Shown here piece after piece: positions 11,327-23,623 of a DNA stretch of 63,809 nt. The first letter of the stretch is position 1. Each line of letters opens with the position of its first letter. The stretch is from Reclinomonas americana ATCC 50394 (taxonomy: Eukaryota), in assembly GCA_048213135.1 (NCBI GenBank), contig PS015503.1, positions 1 to 63,809 on the forward strand. The letters are read 5' to 3'. The notes under the pieces were generated by a model. The model was not told the DNA's origin, did no database searches, and saw nothing but the letters and a program-made list of their open reading frames with translations. The position numbers and the translations under genes are program-made.

Positions 11327-14300
11327 TCAAGTCTCGATAATCTGCAGCGCGACAGTCGGTTAGAAACACACGACTAGGGAAAAACTTCGCCAGCATCGCC
11401 CGCAACAAACCTCCTTCTCTCCCAAAAACTCCTCCACATAATATTCCTCCTCCACGTACTCTTCCTCCGCGTCGCTGTCGTAGCCCTGAATGGCTGTCCG
11501 GCGCTCTTTTTCCTCGGCGTATTGCCTCTCCCATTGGCGAATGAAATACTCCAACTCCTCACGCTGCCGTGCCCGCGACTCCATCTCCTCCCTTGAAATC
11601 GCACCGAGCTCCTCCAAGTCGGACTTTTCGTACCGTGCAATGTAGGACTGGATGTTGGAGCGCACACCCTGTGTAATAATAATCACACCATCGTCTGTAA
11701 GCAACCCATAATCACACTGCTGCTCGCTTCTTGCATCACAAACCTCTTCGACATCGGGTGGCAGCAGCGACTTGGGTCGTGGTCGCCACAAGAACTGCCA
11801 AAAGTGATCCTTCTTCTGCTGGTCGAGGAGGCCACCAAAGAACGTCCACAATGAGAAGCCGTTCTCCAGTTGTGTGAAGAAGTACGACGACAGTGTTGTT
11901 ACAAAGCGACCCGTTGGATCCCACTCCACCGACGTGCACATAAAGTGCTCGCCCTCGCCCATTCTGTGTGTCAAGAGAGAGTAGGAGTGGTCAGCGTGCG
12001 TCACAAGAGAGAGAAACGATGCCGAGTCACTCACGTGTGCTTCTCTGTGACATCGTAGAACTCCAAGTGGCCATTGAACGCACGCAGACCCGCCAACACA
12101 ATGAATCGACCGCGTGGTGACCAGAATAGTTGATTGCAGTTCCGCTCACGCAGCGTTACTAAACAGGGGGAGAAATGAGTTGGCGTCGGAACTGAAGTGC
12201 GAGAAACAACAACAAACCGAGTTTCCTGAGTTTCTTGGCGGCGCGGCCCACATCGTAGAACGACACATGCAGCGGCGGCTGTGAGCCCGTCGACTGCTTG
12301 ATGACATTGCCGTGCACCACTGCAAAGCGGCCGCCCGACGATGGTTCCCATGCAAAGGACGCGATGTCGCCCTCAATGTCGTCCACCACCTGCACTGGCA
12401 CGTCACGATCCTTCATGCGGAACAGCTCCAGATGCATCTCTGTCTTGGTCTTGGTCTTTTGCTGATCCACCACCGCACACAGATACCGTCCCTCGTCGTG
12501 CCAGTAGAATTGTACCTGATAGGAGCGTGGCAGTGAGCACACGAAGAATGGGATGTTTTTTCTCTGCCGACAGACAAACCGAGTTGACACCGAAAATGGT
12601 CTTTTGCCTTACTTCCTCCTTGCGTGGAATCGAGATGAGCGTGATGCGTGCTGGCTTTGGTCCTGCATGGGTTGCAGACGAATTCTCGCGTTAGGAAATG
12701 ATATCGACACCAGGCGAAAAAGAAAGCAGCAAACCTTCGTCGGGCACCCAGTACACCAACATATTGTCGCGTGTGGACCATGAAAAGTCGCGAATGTAAG
12801 GCACCAGAATACGCTTCTTGTCCAGCAGTTGTTGTGTTGAGCTCTCGTACACACTGGTGAGGGGAAAAAGAGAGAGAGAAAGAGGGCCTCGTCAGCATGT
12901 GCGCCCACACGAGACAAAAGACAAACGGTGGAGTACGCAACGCAATGGCACTCTCTTGGTCACTCTTGCGCTCAATACGCGCAAAGTACTTGTCGTCGGC
13001 ACTCCACTTGAAAATGGGCCATCCATCGCGTTCGAGAATGCCCTGGAACTCGCGCAGCTTGCGGCCCGTGCGAATGTCCCAAATCAGTGTGTTCTGCCCC
13101 AGGCACACGCACAGCAGTGAGTCACAGGAGCTGCAAACGTCATGCCACACAGTGCCACAAGAAAGAACAACATGGTGTGCGCTCAGGGAAGTCAAGTGTC
13201 TGTCACAGTCAAGCGACTAAGAGTTAATTCCGTTTTTCCTACATCACAGCGCGATTCTCCACTACCGTGTGCCACCCCCAAACCAACCAACCAACACACA
13301 CAACACGCACCTTGCCGTCGGGATTCATCTGCGGACCCCACGTCACGAGGAACTTGTCGTCGGGTGAGAAGTCGATGCGCTGGATACCGTTGTGCACAAA
13401 GCGGCGAATGAGGTGGAAATCGTGACCGCCCCACAATTGCACGCCCTTGGGGTGGAGTGTGGCCAGGTATTGGCCCGAGTGCGACCATTGTGCCACCGAC
13501 TCGGTCCATCGCTGTTGATAAGAGCACAGTGAGCACATGAAGGGCGAGACGGTGCACATAAGATTTGCTGCAAAACACACACACACACACCTCACGCGAG
13601 TGCTCCAGACGCGACTGCTGTGTGGGATCGTGCCAGTACACCTCGTTGCGACTGCCGTAGCGGATCAGGTACTGATCACGACCGCGCTCGTCCAGCAGCC
13701 AGTCCATCAGGTTTTCCTGCAATCGCAAGCAATCGTCAGCACAAACACAATCTCTCTTCTTGCTGTTGAGGAGGGTGTGCCGCAACTGGCTCCTTGAAAG
13801 GCTCCGGCTTGAACTCTCCATACTCGGGATTCATGCTCATGACGCGCTCGTAGTCGGAGAGCAGGATCGCCGAGAGAGTGTGTGACTTGTCAAAGAGCAG
13901 GTTATTCAACGCCTTGACGCCCTCCTCCGCCGCCTCCTCCGACGAGAACTCGATGAAAGCCAGGCCCTTGGTGCGCTCGCTATCGGGCGTGAACGGCATG
14001 CGGATTCTGTCAATCGGCACCTCCTCCACTCGCGATGCGTGCTTTGCCACGACCTTTCGCAGTCTGTCGTACTTGCTGCGATCGACCTCGGGCAGGTGAT
14101 CGACGAGCACCACATTGCCAAGTGACTGTGTCCACGTGAAGGGCAATGAGCCAAAAACAATGACCATGAATGCGGGCAAAGGGAGTGCATAAGTACCTCG
14201 TCCAACACCACGTCCTCCTCATCCTCCGGGTACTCCTGTTATGCGTCGCACGCAGACAAGTGAGTGTGAGTGTTGTGTGCACATTGCCGGACATGTCTTC

Positions 14301-14708
14301 TCACAAGACTCTGGCACACAAGCGCAAGTAGAGAGGGTAGGGCAAGCGCATGTGTACAGGAGGCGCATGTAACACGACGGATGATGCACAGATGTGGGCA
14401 GGGTGCATGGACAACGTGGACGATGTGCACATGGTGGTCACCATGCCACTGTCACACACACAGACACACACACGCACACAACCACGCGCATAGCAACACA
14501 TGCAACAACACGCATGCAGCAGCAGCAGCAGCAGCGCCGACAACAAGGCGCGAGAGGGAAACAGGGGAGAGGAGAGGGGATGCGCGGCATGCACGCTCCT
14601 AAAAAAGGGCGCATTCTTCTTTTCTTCTTCTCTCGCTCACTTCACCCTCTCTAAGGCGCGCAGACTGACCTCTTCTGGGGCTGGTGGTGGGGCCGATGAG
14701 GACGCCAT
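11327..14708 (-). CDS. EIF3B: Translation initiation factor eIF3 subunit b (PRT1)
   Basis: N-terminal RRM (VVLVDHLP...TKGLAFIEF), ENLMDWLLDERGRDQY, WPIFKWSADDKYFAR, WDPTGRFV, FWQFLWRPRP; ends EKE|IIET*. The first exon MASSSAPPPAPEE is inferred from phase; MSGN at 14294 is an alternative start. Confidence 0.93.
13179..13252 (-). ncRNA. Candidate intronic box C/D snoRNA
   Basis: Inside an over-long eIF3b intron: GCGC-T-GTGATGT(C-like box)...CTGA(D box)-GCGC terminal stem. Contains the 12-nt AACGGAATTAAC, complementary to the conserved SSU rRNA segment GTTAATTCCGTT. Confidence 0.6.
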
Positions 14709-15344
14709 TGTTTGTGCAAGAAAATTTAAACAAGTGGACAAACGAGACAAATGGCAACGTNNNNNNNNNNNNNNNNNNNNNNNNNNNNNNNNNNNNNNNN
14801 NNNNNNNNNNNNNNNNNNNNNNNNNNNNNNNNNNNNNNNNNNNNNNNNNNNNNNNNNNNNNNNNNNNNNNNNNNNNNNNNNNNNNNNNNNNNNNNNNNNN
14901 NNNNNNNNNNNNNNNNNNNNNNNNNNNNNNNNNNNNNNNNNNNNNNNNNNNNNNNNNNNNNNNNNNNNNNNNNNNNNNNNNNNNNNNNNNNNNNNNNNNN
15001 NNNNNNNNNNNNNNNNNNNNNNNNNNNNNNNNNNNNNNNNNNNNNNNNNNNNNNNNNNNNNNNNNNNNNNNNNNNNNNNNNNNNNNNNNNNNNNNNNNNN
15101 NNNNNNNNNNNNNNNNNNNNNNNNNNNNNNNNNNNNNNNNNNNNNNNNNNNNNNNNNNNNNNNNNNNNNNNNNNNNNNNNNNNNNNNNNNNNNNNNNNNN
15201 NNNNNNNNNNNNNNNNNNNNNNNNNNNNNNNNNNNNNNNNNNNNNNNNNNNNNNNNNNNNNNNNNNNNNNNNNNNNNNNNNNNNNNNNNNNNNNNNNNNN
15301 NNNNNNNNNNNNNNNNNNNNNNNNNNNNNNNNACAACGCACCAG

Positions 15345-16240
15345 GTAGGTCGCCGAGTACTGCGAGTTGTAGGCCTTGCTGCACTTGTGAATGTTGCCCT
15401 CTTCCGTACCGACAAGGAACAAATGGTCGCTGAAGGGATGGAAGTCGAAGCAAGAGCCGCCGGCGAGGCCGGCCAGTGCTTGCTCGGCATCGGGCTCGCC
15501 ACCCTCTGCCGTGCTGACCAGCTTCAGCTCCAGAATGTTCTGCACATCGCACACCACACACACAGATCAGTAACCAGCACGCCTGTCATTCTGCTCTCTC
15601 TCTCTCTTTTCGCCCTTCCCACATCCTCACCGAGTACTGCAGCTCGTTCTTGGACAGCGTCCAACAGGTGACGCGGCCGTCAGAGGCCACGGAGAAGAAC
15701 GACAAGTTCTTGCCCATGTCGTCGGTCTGCCACCGCACCTCCCACACAGGATCGGTGTGCTTGCCCGACTTGATGGTCGACTGGAAGATTGGGCGATGTG
15801 ACTTTTGTCGCACATCAAACACCATCACCGTGCCGTCGTAGAGGCCGACGGCGATCAGCGATGAGTGCTGCGGGTGGAAGTGGAGGCACATGGCACCGGA
15901 CTCAGTGGTGAACAAGTACTCGGGATACGATGGGTTCTTGAGTGAGAAGCACGCAATGCCGCCCGACGATTGTGATGAGAAGTTGTAGGATCCGTACGAG
16001 ACGGCAAAGAGATCTACGCAAAGTGGCGTGAGCGTGTGTGCCGCGCGACTCTGTGGTGAACACAAGCGGTGCGTACCTGGATACGTCGGGTTCCACGACA
16101 AGCACGTCACGTGCTTCTTGCGCATGCGATCACATGAGAACTCCCACAGCGGCAGCAAACTGCCCTCGTCCAGGTGAATGTCGTCGGCCTCGTTCTCGTA
16201 GTACTTGAAATCAATGGCGACGTCCTCGAACTGATTCAGC
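15345..16240 (-). CDS. DNAI1: Axonemal outer-arm dynein intermediate chain 1 (internal fragment between two gaps)
   Basis: [10 protein letters not shown]...[65 protein letters not shown]. Confidence 0.92.
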
Positions 16241-16880
16241 NNNNNNNNNNNNNNNNNNNNNNNNNNNNNNNNNNNNNNNNNNNNNNNNNNNNNNNNNNNN
16301 NNNNNNNNNNNNNNNNNNNNNNNNNNNNNNNNNNNNNNNNNNNNNNNNNNNNNNNNNNNNNNNNNNNNNNNNNNNNNNNNNNNNNNNNNNNNNNNNNNNN
16401 NNNNNNNNNNNNNNNNNNNNNNNNNNNNNNNNNNNNNNNNNNNNNNNNNNNNNNNNNNNNNNNNNNNNNNNNNNNNNNNNNNNNNNNNNNNNNNNNNNNN
16501 NNNNNNNNNNNNNNNNNNNNNNNNNNNNNNNNNNNNNNNNNNNNNNNNNNNNNNNNNNNNNNNNNNNNNNNNNNNNNNNNNNNNNNNNNNNNNNNNNNNN
16601 NNNNNNNNNNNNNNNNNNNNNNNNNNNNNNNNNNNNNNNNNNNNNNNNNNNNNNNNNNNNNNNNNNNNNNNNNNNNTTTTTCTTTTACGCGCACGTGGTG
16701 GAGACGGAAGCAAGGTGGCACCGGAATACTATTTGCTGTGTTTGTGGATGTGCGTGCCGCTTGTTATTTTGTCGGTGTGAGGGAAAGGGAGATTGGGGGA
16801 AACGTCAAAGTGTACACACGCGATTCATGATATTGAAAGAGAAAGAGAGAGATAAACAACAATTTGTGTTTCTGCATGGC

Positions 16881-19008
16881 CTAACTTGCAGTTGGGTGGA
16901 GGGGTTGTCGCTTGGCGCGCTTGGAAAGGCCCACTCGCCGCGGACAACACAACAGGGAGGAGGTGACCGACGTCGGCCCAGTGTTCTCCATGCCGAGATG
17001 CAAACCGCCAGGGGGTACCAGTCGTGGAACCTTGGCCATGGACAGCAGTTTGGATTTCGAGGCTGCCGGCCAAAGTGAGCAACTCTTCGAAGAAAAATAA
17101 CAAACAGCAAGGAGACAACTCACCTCCACCGGATTCCGACAGCGACGGGAGAGCACGGATGCCGCCAGCTCGTCGAATGGGTACCATGGGTGGCGCCAGA
17201 GGCGACTCGGGTGCAAAACCTCGCGGTGACAAGGCCATGGAGGAGGCGAGCGCGGTGGCCATTTCGTGGTGGTGGTGCATGGAGTTGACCGTGGTCATCA
17301 TCTCCAGCGAGAACGACGCCGCCGCCGATGCCGACAAGGAGGACGGCGACAGTGCGTCGTCCATGGGCACGTCCACCGCCGTCTCTGCTGGTGACTCTGT
17401 TCGCGGCGGCGGCGGCGGTGGTGGCATCGAGGCTGGAGGCTTCTTCTTCTTTGGCGTCGCTCGTGACGGTGGTGGCGGTGGTGGCGGTGGTGGAGGCGCT
17501 GGTGAGGGAGGGGGAGGCAGCTGCTGTGGTGGAGGCTCGTCGAGTGGAACGGCCAACGTGTCCGAGCTCGCACTGCCTTTCTTCCCCGCCTGCACAAACA
17601 CACATGCGTCAGCATAAATCGCACATACGTGTGGCACTCTTGCTGCATCACCTTGCCACTCTTTCCCCTCTTCCCGCCCTTGCCGCCTCGTTTGCCACCA
17701 CCGCCATCCTGTAATGAAGACGGCACCTCTGCCGCATCTCCACTCTGCACAGACGAGTGAGTACCCGCACGAGCAATGTGCACATGATAATGATACACAC
17801 ACCTGATTAAACACGGAGGACAGACTCCTGGCCGCGGTAATGGGCATCCGAATGGCGCTCTTGAGGGGGATGGCGGTCGCGTGGTGTGGCGATTTCCGCA
17901 TTGGCGGTGTAAACTGCAACAACTCGCCATCCGCACAATCGGCAAACACCACCCGCCGCTTTGGTGGTGGCGGCACACCAGGCTCTGCTGCTGGCGCCAC
18001 GTCCTCCGCCTCGGCTGCTAATGGCGGCAGAGGCGGAGGAGTACGTGACAGCAGCGGCGGTGGGCGCGCCGGCTTATCCGGCGACACTGGTGGTGAGGGC
18101 GCATTCAACGCAGCCGCCAAATCCGCCACCGGCGACGGCGCCGACGAGCACACCGTCATGGCCTCGTCGTCACCGTCATCACTCTCATCCTCGCGCTCCT
18201 CCTCTCGCGGCTCACCGACGCGAGGGGCCTTCACAGCCGGCAGATTCGGCATCGAGCAAATGAGCTGCGAAGGAGACTCTGTGGTGGTGGCAAAGAGTGA
18301 GGCGAGAGCGCAAGCCTCCACAGTGTGCATGTGTGGCTGTCTGACTTCTCTCTGTCTGTTGCTCCCTGTCTCTGTCTGGCTGCGTGTCAGAGAGCCTCTT
18401 GTGTCTTTCTCTCTCGGGAGCAAGTGTGTGTGAGAGAGAGACAGACAAGATGAAAAGACAGACAGAGAGCAACAAGAGAGAGACGGAGACTGTTGGCCTG
18501 CTTCTCTCTCTCTTCTCTCTCCCTACTCTCTCTGCCTGCATCTGTCTGCGTGTCAGAGCTCGTGTCCCTCTTTCTCTTCTGTCTCTCTCTCGGGGGCCAG
18601 TTGAGAGAGACAGGCAAGATGATAGACAGAGAGAGAGAGAGAGCAACAAGAGAGAGATGGAGACTGCTGACTTGCTTCTCTCTCCCTCCCTCTCCCCCTT
18701 CTCTCTCTTCCCCTCTCTCTCTCACCAGACTCCGGCTGCGTCTGCAACTCCAACTCGACAAACGCCGCAGTCACCGGCAGCACCAACGGACCGACCAACC
18801 GCGGTGGCGGCAATGGCGGCAACGGCGGCAACAGCGGCATCATCATCAAATTCATCAGCAATGCATCATCCGACGAGCTCTCCTCCTCATCACTGCTGCT
18901 CATTGACAGCAAAGAAGGAGTCGGCCGTGGTCTCTTGAGTGTCGGCTGCACAGTGCACTCTGTCTCCATTTCCTCATCCACTGCGCGCTTGTGACCGCGA
19001 CGATCGCC

Positions 19009-19039
<31 letters not shown>

Positions 19040-19210
19040 TAAGATGTGTGTGTGTCTCACATAAAGAGTGTGTGCGCGCACCACTGTCATCTGCTTGGTC
19101 GACCTCCATGGCACTGTCACTGTCACACAACACACAACAAGTGAGCGCGCGCGCGCACACACACACACACACACACATGAGTGCACAACAACGCACCCTT
19201 CACTCTCCAT
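16881..19210 (-). CDS. Pro-rich disordered protein with an RVxF motif and a C-terminal RAD51AP1-like motif
   Basis: Exons join in phase. Contains KRRVVFAD and ends PRRVGLSKRAKRQPLHPTAS*. 5' exons are uncertain. Confidence 0.55.
18360..18722. repeat. Imperfect tandem duplication of about 170 bp inside an intron
   Basis: ctgcgtgtcagag...ctctcggg..agagagacag.caagatga...agagcaacaagagagaga.ggagactg..g.c.tgcttctctctc occurs twice (from about 18380 and about 18546). Confidence 0.75.
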
Positions 19211-19390
19211 CGCAAACGAGCGAGAGCGCGCGCGCACACACAACACACACACAACACAAACAAAAAGAGAGAGGAAAAGGGCGCGTGCGCAGACGGTTCA
19301 AACGACAAACAGGGTTTGCTTGCGCTCGAGTTTGCGGGTGGCTCGCGCAAAAGGACATCGTCCCGCACGTCGACGTTCTCGCACTTGCAC

Positions 19391-20548
19391 ATGAGAGAAT
19401 TGATCGTCGTCGCCTTCCTGCTCGCGCTCTGTGCATGCGTGCACACTGCGAGTGCCTCGTATGCGCAGATCAGTGACACGAACTTTCCGATTGGCACAGC
19501 AGCCACACCAGTGCGGAGAAATGCTCTGTGTGTGAGAGAAGAAAGACAGTCTCTCACTCTTGCTCTTGTGTGTGGGTGTGTCTCGCAGCTCTCCAGTGTG
19601 ATCAACTGCTCAGTGCGTGGCACCAATGGCGAGCAGCAGGGCTTCTGTTGGATCTCTGTGCAAGGTGGAATGGGACGCACTTGTTCTTTGTCATGTCTTC
19701 TTCCTCTCATGTTTGTGAGGCAGTGTCCAACATGAGCAACGACTGGCAAGTGTCTCTCTCGCCCGCGTTTGGTGGCTCACCAGCCTTTACGTGCAATGTC
19801 GATCTGTGTGGCAACAATATCACGTTCACTGAGTGGGTCAATGTTGAGTCATTCAACTCCTCGGTTTTTGCTGCGTTTGGTTGGTTGGTTGCTCATGGCG
19901 CGTGGTGAGTACGTAGGTCGGTAACCCGGGCAACTATCGACTCACTGCGCAGTCGACCTCGGGTCAATCGACGAGCATCTCGATCAATGCCACGATCACC
20001 AATGGTGAGACAGTGTCAAGACGACAAGTCCGTTCTGTGTGCACGCTGCAGTCAGCCACTGGAGGCTTGGATACTTCAGCATTTTCTCTTCTTCGCCATC
20101 TTGCCTGTTGCATGCACTTGTCGCTCCGATCCTCCAGCGTTCTCTCGTCTTCTTCGCCGCCCTCTTTGTTGTTGCATGTTGCTATCCACCCAATCGCCTG
20201 TGTTGCTTCCGACATTCGGATCTCTCTTCTTCTTCTTCTCCCCTCTCATCCGCTGCATGCTGTGTCCATTCACGAGCCTGTTGGGCTTGCGATCCTCTGA
20301 TTTCTCGCCTTCATCACCCCTCCGCCCTCGAAACTCCATTGCTCACCTCACCTCTCCTCTCCTCCTCCCCTTCCCCTTCCCCTTCCCCCTCCCCCTTTCC
20401 CTCCACAGAGGTCTGCTCAGTCCCCACTGGCAACCCAGTGCCATCGGGCGTCGCGGCTTGCGGCTCCGGCAACTCGGCCGCCTCCGCCTCGCCCTCACTG
20501 CTCACCGGCTTTGCATTTGTGCTGCTCACACTGCTCTTCTTCGCGTAG
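19391..20548 (+). CDS. Secreted, probably GPI-anchored, Cys-containing surface glycoprotein
   Basis: Signal peptide MRELIVVAFLLALCACVHTASA; several N-x-S/T sequons; C-terminal GSGNSAA followed by hydrophobic LLTGFAFVLLTLLFFA*. Confidence 0.7.
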
Positions 20549-20648
20549 AAAGAAAGAGAGAAAGAGAGAGCGCGCGTTGGAGTAAACAATGCACGTCGCG
20601 CGAAGTCAAACGCCTGTCCTCTCCAGTTCGGTTTCCTTCTTTCTCCGA

Positions 20649-21967
20649 ATGAGTGCCTCTGGGGCTGCTGGAGGAGGAGGAGGAGGAGGCAGCAGTGGGA
20701 CACCACGATCCGCCTTCGCAGCTCCCGTGGGCGTGGTCGGGTGGCTGGCGATCAATGTCGCCAGTGTGGTCGCTCTTGTCTTGCTCAACAAGCAGGTCTT
20801 CCTGTCGGGATTCACCCTTGGTCAGTGTGTGTGAGAGAGAGAGAGTGCGTCTCTTCCCTCTCCCTCTCTCGCTCTCTCTCACACACACACACACACTTGC
20901 ACAGTGACGACATTGACATGTTTGCACTCGATTGTTGGAATGCTTCTCCTCGCCGTGTGCTATCTATGTGGAGGCTTTCCATTAAGCAGCATTGTATGTG
21001 CCTCTGCGAGCCTCTGCCTCTTGTCTCTCTCTCTTTTACACAAGCTCATGCACAGCGATGGCAAACGGTGCTGACAATGGCGATTGTGCAATCGAGCTCG
21101 ATTCTCCTCGGCAACCTCAGCCTCGGGTACAACTCAGTCTCTTTTTACCAGGTCACACATTCTCGCACCACACATCAGTGCACTTTACATAACTCACCAC
21201 GAGTCGTAGATTGTCAAGGTTCTCGTCACGCCGTGTATTGTTCTCTGCGAGTACATGTGGCTCGGGAAGCGCTACTCTCGCGAGACACTCTTCTCGCTCG
21301 TGGTGCTGTGCACGGGCGGCTTTGTGGCGGCCGCCAGTGACGTGGAGATCAACTTGGTGGGCACGCTGGTTGCGCTGGCCGGGCTGGCGGTCACCTCGTT
21401 TGGCTGGGTGGTTCGCTATCATCGTCCTCCTCCAGCTTGCGCTTCTCGTGCTCACTCGGTTGCTCGCAGTCGCTGACCGAGATGCAGCGCTCGTTGACGT
21501 GTCACCCGCTGCAGTCGTTGTGGTACATATCCTCTGCCATGTCGCTGGTGATGGCCATTGAGGTGCCGCTGGTCGACAATGTGGCCGCGCTTGCCTCGGT
21601 GAACGTGTCGTGGCCGCTGGCAGTTGCGTGCCCCGCACTCGCTGCGACGACTGTGGCCTCGCTTCGCGTGACACGTGCGCTCTTGCAGGCTGCCATTTTC
21701 GGCTCGTGCCTACTGGCCTTTGTCGTCAACATGTCGGCGTTTGTGGCGTCGAATGTCACCGGCGCACTGACCATGTCGGTGATTGGCTACCTGAAGACCG
21801 CCTGCATCATGATGTGCGGCCTGGTGTTCTTTGGCGAGCAAACCTCCCCAAAACACATGACGGGAATGATCATCACTCTCGTCGGCCTCGCCTGGTACAC
21901 CTACGCCCGCTCGCGATCAACTGACAGCGTCGTAAAACACGACGACAAGGCCGAAAAGGTCGAATAG
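20649..21967 (+). CDS. TPT/SLC35E-family nucleotide-sugar transporter (UXT/URGT/SLC35E3-like)
   Basis: NVASVVALVLLNK, LGNLSLGYNSVSFYQ|IVKVLVTP, LAFVVNMSAF...TGALTMSVIGYLKT. Confidence 0.88.
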
Positions 21968-22094
21968 ACGTAGACAATAAAGAGACTGTATGTGTGTGTA
22001 AAAAGGAGTCAGCCAGAGACAGACATGTTTTAAACAACAATCTTGTGCGCGTGGATGGGAGGGAAAACGCATGCGAGAGGCGCAGAGGAGTGGC

Positions 22095-23004
22095 TCATTC
22101 GGCAGGCTTGGCAGCGTCGCGTGCGACCTTTTCGCGGAAGTACGCAATGGTGGCCTCAAGGCCGTCACGGAGCGATACGCGCGGACCCTCCCAGCCAATC
22201 TTCTCGCGGGCGAGCGAAATGTCGGGCTTGCTGTTGGGGCGAAACGCGTTGCGATGAGTGCGCCACCCAACATGAACACAGACACACGCACAGATGAACT
22301 ACATCATACCGGATGCGCGGATCGTCAGACGGCAGCGGCATGGTGACGACCGTGGACGCGGAGCTGGCAAACTCGCGGATCAGGTCGGCCATCTCGGCAA
22401 TGGTGTGCTCCTCGGGGTTACCGACGTTGCAGGGGCCGGGGAAGTCGCTCTCGCACAGCTTGTTCAGACCCTCGAGAAGGTCCGAGTAGAAGCAGAACGA
22501 GCGCGTCTGCGAGCCGTCACCGTACATGGTCAGCGGCTCACCCTTGATGGCCTGCACGACAAAGTTGGAGATGATGCGGCCGTCTGCGTGGAAAATGAAA
22601 GGTGAGCACTTTCTGGTTTCTCCTCGTCCATAACTTGTGAGAGATGCACGAACCATTGGGGTCCATGCGCGGGCCGTAGGTGTTGAAGATGCGAGCGACG
22701 CGCACCTCGACGCCACGCGAGCGCATAAAGTCGAATGCCAGCGTCTCAGCGCAGCGCTTGCCCTCATCGTAGCAGGCACGAATGCCAGTGCACGAGGTGT
22801 TGCCGCGGTACGACTCCACCTGCGGGTGCACCTCGGGATCACCGTACACCTCCGACGTGGAGGTCAAGAAGAAGCGGGCACCGGTGCGCTCGCACAGCTC
22901 CAGCGCATTCAACGTGCCCCACACCGACGTCTTCAGCGTGAACACCGGGTCCTTCTGGTAGTGCGGCGGCGACGCCGGGCTGCTNNNNNNNNNNNNNNNN
23001 NNNN

Positions 23005-23036
<32 letters not shown>

Positions 23037-23513
23037 AGTCTCTCTCTCCGACTACTCACCCGCGTCACCGTGGCCGCATCCAACGGCTGAATGACATCGT
23101 AGTTGGCAAAGTGGAAGCGCTCTCCGCCCACACGCTGCGCCTCCTCCAGATTCTCCATGCATCCCGTAAACAGATTGTCAATGCAGTACACCTCATGCCC
23201 CTGTCGCAAAAGCAGATCGCACATGTGCGACCCGAGGAAGCCGGCTCCACCTGCACACAGAGGAAGACAGAAAGAGAGATGAGAGTTGAGTGATGCAGAA
23301 AAAAGCTCTCATCATTCATCATCATTTGAGAATGCAATGCATGCTTGCGTGTGCATTCACTGGTTGACTGTCTTTCATCTTCACTCTTCACTCTCGCTCT
23401 CTTCGCGAGTATGGATTCTCTTGTGCATGTGCGTGCCTTTCTTACACACTTGCTCATCTTCATGCCATGCATGCACACACTCGCACACACTCACCAGTCA
23501 CAAGGCACTTCAT
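22095..23513 (-). CDS. UXS: UDP-glucuronate decarboxylase (UDP-xylose synthase), soluble type
   Basis: [74 protein letters not shown]. No N-terminal transmembrane anchor. Confidence 0.95.
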
Positions 23514-23623
23514 ATCCTCTTCACTCGCTCTCACACACACACACACTCCTTCTCCTCGCGCACAAAGCCACGATGTGGATAACGATGAATGAGCGAACCG
23601 AGGACGAGGACAACAAAACGACT

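Noticed and set aside
13183-13200. Second snoRNA guide (TTGACTTCC) against LSU GGAAGUCGG
   Set aside because: Only 9 bp with two G-U pairs, too weak to call.
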